From an uncultured Solirubrobacterales bacterium (GTDB taxonomy: Bacteria; Actinomycetota; Thermoleophilia; Solirubrobacterales; Solirubrobacteraceae), in the NCBI GenBank assembly GCA_963709225.1, contig CAVPVM010000002.1, positions 527,168 through 591,167 on the forward strand: a stretch of 64,000 bases of DNA. Direction: 5' to 3'. This document shows, in pieces, positions 1-9,612 of the stretch. Every line of letters begins with the position of its first letter. Within the stretch, counting starts at the first letter, position 1. Under the pieces are notes generated by a model, which saw only the letters and a program-made list of their open reading frames with translations, was not told where the DNA came from and searched no databases. A program made the translations under genes and the position numbers.

Positions 1-1349
1 ACGCGCCGGCGGTGCTGCTGGTCTCCTTCGTGCCGATCCTCTTCATCTCGGCCGCCTATCGCTACCTGAACCTCGCCGACCCCGACGCCGGGACCAGCTT
101 CGCCTGGGGCACCCGTGCACTTGGCCCTCACATGGGCTGGATCAACGGCTGGGCGATCTTCCTCGCCGACGTGATCGTGATGGCATCGCTGTCGGAGATC
201 GCGTCGGTCTACACCTTCCAGCTCGTCGGCTGGACGTCGGCCTCTACCTCGACGCCGGCGATCATCGTCGGCTCCGTGGTCTGGATCGTTCTGATGACCT
301 GGATCTGCTACCGCGGCATCGAGCTCTCGGCGCGCATCCAGGCGCTGCTGCTCTCAACCGAGTGCCTGATCCTCGTGCTCTTCTCGATCGTCGCGCTGGT
401 GGACGTCTACAGCGGCAACCACGGGACGTTCAAGCCGGAGTTCAGCTGGTTCAACCCGTTCGCGCTCGGGACGACGCCACTGCTCGGGGGGATCCTGCTC
501 GGCATCTTCATCTACTGGGGCTGGGACTCGGGGGTGGCGGTCAACGAGGAATCGGAGAACCCGGCCGAGGGGCCGGGGCGCGCCGCCGTGCTCTCGACGG
601 TCCTGCTCGTGCTGATCTACATCCTGGTGGCGACGGCGGCCCAAGCCGACGCCGGAACGCACTTCCTCTCCAGCAACGAGGCCGACGTGCTGAGCCCGCT
701 CGGGACACGCGTGTTCGGCTCCGGGATCCTGCAGAAGTTCCTGCTCTTCTCGGTGCTGACGTCGGCCTCGGCGTCCACACAGACGACGATCCTGCCGACG
801 GCGCGCACGACGATCTCGATGGCCAGCTGGGGCGCGCTGCCGAAGGCCTTTGCGCGCGTGCACCCGCGCTTCCTCACGCCGAGCTTCTCTACCCTGATGA
901 TGGGTGGCGTCTCGATTGTCTGGACGGTCGGACTCCTGCTGACCTCGTCCCCGACCGACGTGCTGGGGGACTCGATCACGGGGCTCGGCTTCGCGATCCT
1001 CTTCTACTACGGCTTCACGGGGCTCTTCTGCGTCGTCTACTACCGCCGCGAGCTGTTCAAGAGCTGGCACCGCGCGCTGCTCGTCGGCCTCGTGCCGTTG
1101 ATCGGCTTCGTCGCGATGGCCTACATCTTCATCAAGGACTTCATCACCGTCAACACACCCGGCTACAACCTCACGCCACCGATCCTCGGCATCCAGACGC
1201 CGATCGTGATCGGCATCGGCGGGCTGCTGCTCGGTCTCGTGGTGATGGTCATACAGTGGATCTACATGCCGGACTTCTTCAGGCGCAAGCCGCAGACCGC
1301 CGACCCGAAGATCCTCGAAGAACACCTCGCGCCGGCCTCCGTTCCGTGA
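1..1349 (+). CDS. APC-family amino acid permease (5' end truncated by window edge)
   Basis: ORF 12..1349 is very hydrophobic with many TM segments (FVPILFISAAYRYLN, GWINGWAIFLADV, GILLGIFIYWGWDSG), typical of APC/amino-acid-polyamine transporters. The frame is open to base 1. Confidence 0.85.
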   Translation, partial: APAVLLVSFVPILFISAAYRYLNLADPDAGTSFAWGTRALGPHMGWINGWAIFLADVIVMASLSEIASVYTFQLVGWTSASTSTPAIIVGSVVWIVLMTWICYRGIELSARIQALLLSTECLILVLFSIVALVDVYSGNHGTFKPEFSWFNPFALGTTPLLGGILLGIFIYWGWDSGVAVNEESENPAEGPGRAAVLSTVLLVLIYILVATAAQADAGTHFLSSNEADVLSPLGTRVFGSGILQKFLLFSVLTSASASTQTTILPTARTTISMASWGALPKAFARVHPRFLTPSFSTLMMGGVSIVWTVGLLLTSSPTDVLGDSITGLGFAILFYYGFTGLFCVVYYRRELFKSWHRALLVGLVPLIGFVAMAYIFIKDFITVNTPGYNLTPPILGIQTPIVIGIGGLLLGLVVMVIQWIYMPDFFRRKPQTADPKILEEHLAPASVP

Positions 1350-1804
1350 TCGCGCGCGTCACGCGCGACGACCTCGACGACCTGCTGCCGCTGATGCGCG
1401 GCTACTGCGACTTCTACGAGGTCGCGCCGAGCGACGCGCAGCTGCGCGCGCTGTCGCTGACGCTGATCGCGAACCCGGACACGAGCGGCATCCAGCTGAT
1501 CGCCCGCAGCGACGACACCGATCGCCGCGCGGTCGGCTTCGCCACCCTCTACTGGACCTTCTCGACGCTCGCCGCCTCGGCGATCGGGCTGATGAACGAC
1601 CTCTACGTCGACCCCGCGGTCCGCGCCGGCGGCATCGGGCGCGCGCTGATCGAGGCCTGCGAGGCGGAGTGCGCCGCGCGCGGCCTGCCGGTGCTCGAAT
1701 GGGAGACGGCGCCCGGCAACGCGACGGCACAGGCGCTCTACGACAAGCTCGGAGCGCAACGCTCCGAGTGGATCGCCTACACGCTGGCGGTCAGGACACG
1801 CTGA
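1346..1804 (+). CDS. GNAT family N-acetyltransferase
   Basis: GTG at 1346 overlaps the permease stop (GTGA). Acetyl-CoA binding signature is LYVDPAVRAGGIGRALIEACE; the tail is NATAQALYDKLG. Confidence 0.8.
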   Translation: MIARVTRDDLDDLLPLMRGYCDFYEVAPSDAQLRALSLTLIANPDTSGIQLIARSDDTDRRAVGFATLYWTFSTLAASAIGLMNDLYVDPAVRAGGIGRALIEACEAECAARGLPVLEWETAPGNATAQALYDKLGAQRSEWIAYTLAVRTR

Positions 1805-2258
1805 GCACGGTGTAGGCGCGCGTCCCGCGCGGCAGCGTGATCTGCGCGTGCCCGCCGACCGCCAGCCCGAGCAGCCCGCGCGCGACCGGCGACTCGATCG
1901 AGATCTTCCCCTCCGCCGGCGCGGCGGTCTGCGAGCTGACGATCTCGAAGCGCTGCTCGCGCCCCTCCTCGTCGCGCACCGTCACGACCGAGCCGAACCC
2001 GATCACGCCGCCGTCGCCGCCGACGCTCTCGACGACCTTCGCGCGGGTCAGCCGCTCGCGCAGCTGGAGGATCTTGGTCTCCAGGTGCGCCTGGTCGTTC
2101 TTGGCGTCGTGGTACTCGGAGTTCTCCTTCAGGTCGCCCCACTCGCGCGCGGTCTTGATCCGTGCCGCCATCGCCCGGCGCCCCTCACCCTCGAGCGCCG
2201 CCAGCTCGGCCACGAGCGCCTCGTGGTCGGCGGCCGTCATCAGAGTGCTCTCGTCCAT
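1791..2258 (-). CDS. greA: transcription elongation factor GreA
   Basis: 155 aa from MDESTLMTAADHEAL, with GDLKENSEYHDAKNDQAHLETKILQLRERL and the C-terminal FKBP-like domain. The upstream part of ORF 1791..2744 is Arg-rich junk. Confidence 0.9.
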   Translation of the reverse strand: MDESTLMTAADHEALVAELAALEGEGRRAMAARIKTAREWGDLKENSEYHDAKNDQAHLETKILQLRERLTRAKVVESVGGDGGVIGFGSVVTVRDEEGREQRFEIVSSQTAAPAEGKISIESPVARGLLGLAVGGHAQITLPRGTRAYTVLSVS

Positions 2259-2411
2259 CGCCAAGGAGCCTAGCGGCTCGCGCGCTCGGCGCGAGGGTCG
2301 GCGCGCTCGACCCGAGGGCTCGCGCGCCCGCCGCGAGGACCGGCGCGCTCGCCGCGAAACCGAACCGCTCGACCCGACCGCGCGCCCGCCCGCCCGCGTA
2401 TCCTGCCGGCG

Positions 2412-3308
<897 letters not shown>

Positions 3309-3380
3309 CGCGAGCCGCGAGCAGCCGAGCGCCGCGCGCACGGACGCCCGCGCGGCTCCAGCTCTCCCCGCGACCGGGCT

Positions 3381-4217
3381 CTAGCCCTCGGCGTCGTCCA
3401 GGCGCGGCAGCACGACGAGCGGGCAGGGCGCGTTGCTCGCGAGGTGAGTCGCCACGCCGCCGAACATCAGCCGGCTGATCGGGCCGTAGCCGCGCGATCC
3501 GACGACCAGCAGATCGACCTCCTCGCCGAAGCTCGCGAGCTCCTCGCCGGCCCAGCCCAGCACGACCTTGCCCTCGACGCCGTCGAGCTTGGCGAGCGCG
3601 GCACGCGCCTCGTCGAGCTCCTCCGCGTAGTCCGCCTCATCGGCGGTGCGCAGCAGGCCCGCGACGGCCGATGGCTCGACCACCGTCATCACGCTCACCG
3701 AGGCGCCGTGGATCGCGGCCAGCTCGCGGGCGAGCGCGAGCGCCGCCTCACATTCCGGCGTGCCGTCGTAGCCGACGCCGATCTTCGCGATCGTCCCGGC
3801 GGCGTCCCCGTGTCCGAGCGGCGCGACCGCGACGGCGCAGGGGGCGCCGACCAGCGCGGCGCGCGTGATGTCGCCGACGAGCACCCGTCCGACGAGGCTC
3901 TGCGCGCTCGAGCCGACGACGAGCAGGTCGGCCTCGCGCGTCTCCGCCAGGTAGTGCAGGCCGCGCCCAACCGAGGACGCCGTGATGTCGATCAGCTCGG
4001 CGTCCACGCCGGCCGCGGCACGAGCCTCCTCGAGCAGCGCCATCGACTCCGCGTGCTGGGCCGGCCCGTAGGCGCCGCTCGCGCCGCGGTAGGGCGTCAG
4101 CTGATAGACATGGGCAAGGCCCAGTTCACCGTCCTGCGCGACCAGCAGCTTGGCGAGCGCGACCGCGTCCCGACCACTCGGGCCGCCGTCAACTCCCACG
4201 ATCACATGGCGGAACAT
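3381..4217 (-). CDS. universal stress protein, tandem Usp domains
   Basis: MFRHVIVGVDGGPSG start with a GGGAG RBS just upstream. There are two Usp repeats, and the C-terminal ATP motif is VVGSRGYGPISRLMFGGVATHLASNAPCPLVVL. Confidence 0.85.
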   Translation of the reverse strand: MFRHVIVGVDGGPSGRDAVALAKLLVAQDGELGLAHVYQLTPYRGASGAYGPAQHAESMALLEEARAAAGVDAELIDITASSVGRGLHYLAETREADLLVVGSSAQSLVGRVLVGDITRAALVGAPCAVAVAPLGHGDAAGTIAKIGVGYDGTPECEAALALARELAAIHGASVSVMTVVEPSAVAGLLRTADEADYAEELDEARAALAKLDGVEGKVVLGWAGEELASFGEEVDLLVVGSRGYGPISRLMFGGVATHLASNAPCPLVVLPRLDDAEG

Positions 4218-4356
4218 CGCTCCCACTTTCGCTTGGATCACGGCACTCTAATTGAGAACCCAGCGGCCGGCATCGCGGGACGGGTGCCCGCCCGTTGCGG
4301 ACGATCACGGATGCGCGCGGCCGGCGCGCGAGCGCGCTTGCGCTAGCCTGCGGCCC

Positions 4357-5172
4357 GTGTCCACGGTCTCCACGACGTCCCCGGCGCCCTCCCCTGTGCG
4401 GCGCGTGCGCCGGCTGGAGCCCGCCGCGATGGCGGGCGTGATGACGCGCGACGTCGTCCTCTTCGGCCGCTACTGGAAGGCGACGACGTTCTCCTCCGTC
4501 GTCCAGCCGACGATCTATCTGCTGGCGTTCGCCGCCGGGATCGGCGCACTGGTCACCAGGGTCGGCCACCACAGCTACCTCGACTACGTCGCGACGGGCG
4601 TCGTGGCGACCGCCGTGCTGTTCTCCTCGGCCTTCCCGGGGATGTTCAACACGTTCGTGCGCTGGCGCTTCCAGCGCACCTACGAGGCGATGCTCGCCGC
4701 GCCGGTCGACGTCGAGGAGCTGGTCACGGCCGAGGTCCTGTGGATCGCGATGCGCGCCGGCGTCTACGGCCTCGCGCCGATCCTGGTCGGCATCGTCTTC
4801 GGGCTGCCCCCCGAGGCGGGCATGCTGCTGGTCGTGCCGATCGGCTTCCTGACGGGCTTCGGCTTCGCCGCCTTCGGCGTGCTGCTCGCCGCGATCGCCA
4901 AGACGATCGACAACTTCAACTACGTCACGAGCGCCGTGCTGACGCCGATGTTCCTGGTCGCCGGCACCTTCTTCCCGGTCACCTCGCTGCCCGCCGGGAT
5001 CCGCGAGGCGGCGAAGTTCAATCCGCTGTACCACTGCGTGCAGCTGGTCCGCGACGCCTCGTTCGGCGAGCTCCAGCTGGCCGACCTCGCCCACGCCGGC
5101 GTGCTCGCGCTGTTCGCGGTCGTGATGTGGCGCCTCGCGATCTGGCGGCTGGGCAAGCGGCTGATCGACTGA
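4357..5172 (+). CDS. ABC-2 type transporter permease (NodJ/DrrB-like)
   Basis: Six-TM hydrophobic protein (FGRYWKATTFSSVVQPTIYLLAF ... LTPMFLVAGTFFP ... FNPLYHCVQL). The start is uncertain: GTG 4357 or ATG 4429. Confidence 0.8.
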   Translation: MSTVSTTSPAPSPVRRVRRLEPAAMAGVMTRDVVLFGRYWKATTFSSVVQPTIYLLAFAAGIGALVTRVGHHSYLDYVATGVVATAVLFSSAFPGMFNTFVRWRFQRTYEAMLAAPVDVEELVTAEVLWIAMRAGVYGLAPILVGIVFGLPPEAGMLLVVPIGFLTGFGFAAFGVLLAAIAKTIDNFNYVTSAVLTPMFLVAGTFFPVTSLPAGIREAAKFNPLYHCVQLVRDASFGELQLADLAHAGVLALFAVVMWRLAIWRLGKRLID

Positions 5173-5181
5173 TTCGCAGTT

Positions 5182-5273
5182 CCAGCTGGGTGCACCCCGT
5201 TCGGGGCACAGGCATGCACCCGGCTGGGAAACGGCGCATGCGCCGTTTCGCGGGACGGTGCATGCACCGTCCC
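5182..5273. repeat. cluster of three tandem palindromic (REP-like) elements with GCATGC core
   Basis: Perfect 22-nt palindromes gaaacggcGCATGCgccgtttc (5228-5249) and gggacggtGCATGCaccgtccc (5252-5273). They are preceded by an interrupted copy, ccagctgggtgca...tgcacccggctgg (5182-5227). The cluster sits between convergent stops at 5172 and 5289. Confidence 0.75.
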
Positions 5274-5288
5274 GAACAACCCCTCTGA

Positions 5289-6101
5289 CTAGAGCCCGTA
5301 CGGGTGACGCAGCACGAAGCCGGGATTCGCCGGGCGCAGCGGGCGCCAGCGGGGGCCCTGCTGATTCGACGGGTCGTCGGCGGTGCTGGTGTCCAGGCGC
5401 AGGCCGGCGATGTCGAGGTAGGCGTGGCCGGCATTGGTGAGGATCGTCATCCACTCGCCCTGGCCGCTTGCGCCCCAACTCTCGAACTGGCCGGAGTCGA
5501 GCGGCTTGCGCAGCAGAGCCCCGCCGTGCAGCGCGTAGGAGACGGTGCCGGAGCAGTCGTAACCGTAGGACTTGAAGGAGGCGTGGCCGCCGCCGTATAC
5601 GTAGGGCCGTCCGATGATCTGGTTGGCCGCCCAGATGATGCGGTCGACGACCAGCGGCGCCTCCTCGGGAGCGGCGGCGATCCCGTTCACGATCTCGGCG
5701 GTCGCGCCGGGCACGACGAGGTGCGGCAGGCCCGGGATGCCGGCGACCGTGCCGCCGCTGACGTCGGCGGCCTGCGTCTGCGGGATGTAGGGGGTCAGCT
5801 CGCCCGTCGGGGCTTCGACGAAGACCGGGCCGTCGTAGGCGAGGCTGGGCGACTGGCCCTTGGCGAGGGTGATCGGCGCGAGCGGAGCGGTGAGCGCACT
5901 CTCCGGTGTGGCCGCACCGGCCGTTCCGGTCGTACCGGTCGTGCCGGTGGCGCCAGTCGCGCCGGTCGGGCCGATGTTCACGGGTGCGGTGGCGCCGCCA
6001 ACTGCAGTTCCGCTGGGAGGGGCCTCGGCAGCGGCCTCGGCGGCGAAGGCCCCCAATGCCAGCAATGCACTCCCCAGCGTGCAGACGTGACGCAGCCGCA
6101 C
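5289..6101 (-). CDS. secreted NlpC/P60 family cell-wall peptidase
   Basis: GTG start and signal peptide (LGSALLALGAFAAEA). Catalytic region GRPYVYGGGHASFKSYGYDCSGTVSYAL. Contains a Gly-X-Y tract. Confidence 0.85.
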   Translation of the reverse strand: MRLRHVCTLGSALLALGAFAAEAAAEAPPSGTAVGGATAPVNIGPTGATGATGTTGTTGTAGAATPESALTAPLAPITLAKGQSPSLAYDGPVFVEAPTGELTPYIPQTQAADVSGGTVAGIPGLPHLVVPGATAEIVNGIAAAPEEAPLVVDRIIWAANQIIGRPYVYGGGHASFKSYGYDCSGTVSYALHGGALLRKPLDSGQFESWGASGQGEWMTILTNAGHAYLDIAGLRLDTSTADDPSNQQGPRWRPLRPANPGFVLRHPYGL

Positions 6102-6114
6102 ATCGACCTCTCTC

Positions 6115-6245
6115 TGAAGCCTGCCGGGTTAGCTGACGGGCTCGCGCTGAAAGAGCAGCGCGTCTCGCGGGACCACCGCGAAATTCGCCCCAACAACTTG
6201 GTTCCCCGGTTCCCTGGCTTCTGGCCAGGGATTCGGCGTGTGGCG
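6115..6245 (-). promoter_or_regulatory. ydaO/yuaA-type (c-di-AMP) riboswitch in the NlpC/P60 leader
   Basis: The minus-strand leader reads GCCGAAUCC-hairpin-GGGGAACCAAG-UUGUU-GGGGCGAAUUUC-long hairpin-CCCGUCAGCUAACCCGGCAGGC. This matches the conserved ydaO blocks AAUC, GGGGACCCA, GGGGUGAAUC and CCGUCAGCUAACC, with closing helix GCCG/CGGC. It ends about 15 nt before the GAGAGAGG RBS and the GTG at 6101. Confidence 0.8.
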
Positions 6246-6407
6246 GCAATCTAGCACTCTGGACCGATGGGTGGGGAAATTTGCGCTCCCCGATGCCTAA
6301 AAGCCGCAAATTGCCCGATCGCGTCAGTGAGACGCCGCAACCGAGCCGCGCGGACGGGGCAATACGATGCGCTCTGGCCGGGGGCAACGCACGAAAAGGA
6401 GACGCCG

Positions 6408-7172
6408 ATGTGCCATGAGCTGGATTCTGAGCCGCCGATTCCGGCGATCGCCGGGGCCGCGATCTCGCACGAGGATCTCGTGCTCGAGGCCGCGGACGGC
6501 AATCGCTTCGCCGCCTTCCTCGCCACGCCCGATGAGCCCTCGGCCGTCGGCATCGTGATCCTCCCCGACGTCCGCGGGCTCTACCACTTCTACGAGGAGC
6601 TGGCGCTGCGCTTCGCCGAGCGTGGCGACGCGGCCCTCGCGATCGACTACTTCGGCCGCACGGCCGGCGTCGCCAAGCGCGACGAGAGCTTCGACGCGAT
6701 GGAGCACACGGCGCAGACGACGCCGGAGGGCGTGCAGGCCGACATCGCCGCGGCGGTCGCCTACCTGCGCTCGCCGGCCGGCGGCTCGCGTCGTGCGATC
6801 TTCACCGTCGGCTTCTGCTTTGGCGGCGCCAACTCCTGGCTCGCCGCCGCGGGCGGGCACGGCCTCGCGGGCGCCGTCGGCTTCTACGGCATGCCGGGAC
6901 CGCGCGGTGAGCGGCCGGGCCCGATCGATGCGGCCGCGCGAATCGCCGCTCCGATCCTGGCGCTCCAGGGGGGCGCGGACGCGCACATCACGGCCGAGAT
7001 CAACGAGGCCTTCGACGCGGCGCTCGCCGCCGCCGGCGTCGAGCACGAGGTCGTGACCTTCGACGGAGCACCGCACAGCTTCTTCGACCGCCGCCACGAG
7101 GAGTTCCAGGCCGCGTCCGACGAGGCCTGGCAGCGCACGCTCGACTTCATCGACGCCCACAGCGGCGCCTGA
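6408..7172 (+). CDS. dienelactone hydrolase family protein
   Basis: AAAAGGAG RBS before ATG 6408. Nucleophile motif GFCFGG; C-terminal FDGAPHSF. Confidence 0.85.
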   Translation: MCHELDSEPPIPAIAGAAISHEDLVLEAADGNRFAAFLATPDEPSAVGIVILPDVRGLYHFYEELALRFAERGDAALAIDYFGRTAGVAKRDESFDAMEHTAQTTPEGVQADIAAAVAYLRSPAGGSRRAIFTVGFCFGGANSWLAAAGGHGLAGAVGFYGMPGPRGERPGPIDAAARIAAPILALQGGADAHITAEINEAFDAALAAAGVEHEVVTFDGAPHSFFDRRHEEFQAASDEAWQRTLDFIDAHSGA

Positions 7173-7355
7173 GCGGCCGGGTCGAGGCGCGCAGCGCGCC
7201 GGGCGGGGGCGTGACAGACGCCCTCGCCGAATCGATTGAGGGGCGCCGGCGGGGGCTCTCAGCGTTCTCCCAGCCTGCGCGCAGGCCGCCCCTAGGAACC
7301 GCCCCGATCATCCGTGTCGCAAGCGCAAACCGCACGACGCGAGAACGGAGCCCCG

Positions 7356-9482
7356 ATGAGCACGATCCAGTCACTCGACACCGCGCCGGCGATCGGCACC
7401 CGCTGGCGCCTGCGGGCGCGCGACGCCGCAGGCGAGGCTCGCTGGGTGCGCCCGGCGCTGATCACCCTGCTGGTGCTGACCGCCGTCGCCTACCTGTGGA
7501 ACGTCGGCGCGTCCGGAGATGCCAACAGCTTCTACGCCGCCGCCGTGCAGGCCGGGACGCGCAGCTGGAAGGCCTTCTTCTTCGGCTCGCTGGACTCCTC
7601 GTCATTCATCACGACCGACAAGACGCCGGCCTCGATCTGGGTGATGGCGCTGTCGGGGCGGATCTTCGGCTTCAGCAGCTGGAGCATGCTCGTGCCGCAG
7701 GCGCTCGAGGGCGTCGCCGCGGTGTGGCTGCTGTTCGCCGCGGTCAGGCGCTGGTTCGGCCCGGTCGCCGGTCTCGCCGCCGGGGCGATGCTCGCGCTCA
7801 CGCCGGTTGCGGCGCTGATGTTCCGCTTCAACAACCCCGACGCGCTGCTGGTCGCGGCGCTGGTCGCGGCCGCCTACTGCCTGACCCGGGCGCTCGAGGC
7901 GGCGCGCACCCGCTGGCTCGTTGCGGCCGGTGCGCTGATCGGCTTCGCGTTCCTGGCCAAGATGGGACAGGCCTTCCTCGTGCTTCCCGCGTTCGGTCTG
8001 GTCTACCTGCTCGCCGCGCCGACCACCCTGCGGCGGCGGATCAGCGGCCTGCTCGCCGGCTTCGCGACGATGATCGTCGCCGGCGGCTGGTGGGTCGCGA
8101 TCGTGGCCCTGTTGCCGGCAAGCTCGCGACCGTACATCGACGGCTCGCCCGACAACAACATCTTCAACCTGATCTTCGGCTACAACGGCTTCCAGCGGCT
8201 GTTCGGCGGCGGCGGAGGGCCCGGCGGCGGAGGTGGCGGCGGCAGCAACTTCAGCGGCGCGACCGGCACGCTGCGCCTCTTCAACTACCTGATGGGCGGT
8301 CAGGCCTCCTGGCTGCTGCCCGCGGCGCTGATCGCGCTCGCGGCCGGGCTGTGGCTGACGCGCCGCGCACCGCGCACCGACCGCACGCGGGCGGCCCTGC
8401 TTCTGTGGGGCGGCTGGCTGCTCGTGACGGCTGCGGTCTTCAGCTACTCCTCGGGCGTCATCCACACCTACTACACGGTCGCGCTCGCCCCGGCGATCGC
8501 GGCGCTGGTGGCGATCGGCGGCGTCCAGCTGTGGCGGCGGCGTGAGTCGCTCGCGGCGCGCCTGACCGCCGCCGCGGCCGTCGCGGTCACGGGTGGCTGG
8601 TCGTTCGCGCTGCTCGACCGCACACCCGACTGGCAACCGTGGGTGCGAGTACTGGTCGCGGCCGCGACGGTGATCGCGGTGGGCGTCCTGATCGCCGGGC
8701 CCTCGCTGGCTCGCTTCGGGCGTCGCGCCGGGGTCGTCGCGATCGCGGCTGTCGCGATCGCCCTGCTCGGTGGACCGGCCGCGTACGCGCTGCAGACGAT
8801 CAGCACCACCCACAGCGGCTCGATCCCCTCGGCGGGACCGACGGTCGCCGGCACCGGCGGCGGCCCGGGCGGCCTCGGCGGTGGCCCCGGCACCGGCGCG
8901 CGCACCGGCGGATCCGCGACCGGCCAGAGCCTCTTCGGCCCGGGCGCCGGCCCGGGAACCTCGGGGACCCCGCCGCAGGGCGCCGCAGGGCGCGCGGGCG
9001 CTCTGCCCGAGGGCGGCCCGCCCGCCGGGACGGCAGCTGGACCCGCGGGCGCGGGCGCTGCCGGCGGCTTCCCCGGCGCAGCGTCCGCCGGCGGCGCGCG
9101 GCTCGGCGCTGGTGGCGGCGGGAGCGCGACGGTCAGCAGCACGCTCGTCAGGGCACTGGAATCGGACGCGTCCTCCTACCGCTGGGTGGCCGCGACGATG
9201 GGCTCGACCAACGCGGCGACCTATGAGCTGGCCAGCGGCGGAGAGCCCGTGATGGCGATCGGCGGCTTCAACAACAACGGCGGCCTGCTCAGCCTCGCGC
9301 AGTTCATCCGCTACGTGAAGGCCGGCGACATCCACTACTACATCGCCTCCGGCGGCGGCGGCGGTGCCGGGCCGAACGGCGGCACGGCCTCCTCGAGCAC
9401 CGACGAGATCTCGAGCTGGGTCGCCGCGCACTACAGCGCGGAGACGATCGGCGGCGTCACCGTCTACGACCTCACGAAGTAG
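7356..9482 (+). CDS. glycosyltransferase family 39 (ArnT/PMT-like) membrane protein with Gly/Pro-rich linker and C-terminal domain
   Basis: N-terminal motif SFYAAAVQAGTRSWKAFFFGSLDSSSFITTDKTPASIWVMAL and many TM helices. Low-complexity G/P/A tract, then a soluble C-terminal domain. Confidence 0.85.
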   Translation: MSTIQSLDTAPAIGTRWRLRARDAAGEARWVRPALITLLVLTAVAYLWNVGASGDANSFYAAAVQAGTRSWKAFFFGSLDSSSFITTDKTPASIWVMALSGRIFGFSSWSMLVPQALEGVAAVWLLFAAVRRWFGPVAGLAAGAMLALTPVAALMFRFNNPDALLVAALVAAAYCLTRALEAARTRWLVAAGALIGFAFLAKMGQAFLVLPAFGLVYLLAAPTTLRRRISGLLAGFATMIVAGGWWVAIVALLPASSRPYIDGSPDNNIFNLIFGYNGFQRLFGGGGGPGGGGGGGSNFSGATGTLRLFNYLMGGQASWLLPAALIALAAGLWLTRRAPRTDRTRAALLLWGGWLLVTAAVFSYSSGVIHTYYTVALAPAIAALVAIGGVQLWRRRESLAARLTAAAAVAVTGGWSFALLDRTPDWQPWVRVLVAAATVIAVGVLIAGPSLARFGRRAGVVAIAAVAIALLGGPAAYALQTISTTHSGSIPSAGPTVAGTGGGPGGLGGGPGTGARTGGSATGQSLFGPGAGPGTSGTPPQGAAGRAGALPEGGPPAGTAAGPAGAGAAGGFPGAASAGGARLGAGGGGSATVSSTLVRALESDASSYRWVAATMGSTNAATYELASGGEPVMAIGGFNNNGGLLSLAQFIRYVKAGDIHYYIASGGGGGAGPNGGTASSSTDEISSWVAAHYSAETIGGVTVYDLTK

Positions 9483-9494
9483 GCACACGGCGGA

Positions 9495-9527
9495 CCACCT
9501 CCCGGTGCAGCATCGACCGGGAGGTGG
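9495..9527 (+). terminator. putative intrinsic terminator hairpin after the GT39 gene
   Basis: Perfect 11-bp stem ccacctcccgg/ccgggaggtgg with an 11-nt loop, 13 nt after the stop. There is no U-tract. Confidence 0.45.
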
Positions 9528-9612
9528 AGGCCGTGGCGCGCCCGAACCGGGCGGCCGTGCCCCGCCTGGGCCGGGCGGCGGTCACCGTGCAGGTCCTAGA
9601 CTCGGCATCACA

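Noticed and set aside
1791-1804. 14-bp convergent overlap of the GNAT and greA 3' ends as a regulatory feature
   Set aside because: Short convergent overlaps are common in compact high-GC genomes, and no additional structure was seen.
4189-6387. 732-aa minus-strand ORF. Similar long ORFs occur at 354..1325, 7602..9488, 9688..11523, 16362..18374, 28848..31043 and 33349..36189 (all minus), and at 14284..15489 and 15342..16508 (both plus).
   Set aside because: They are extremely Arg/Pro/Gly/Ala-rich and lie antisense or out of frame to genes with clear family signatures. They are typical open-frame artefacts of high-GC DNA.
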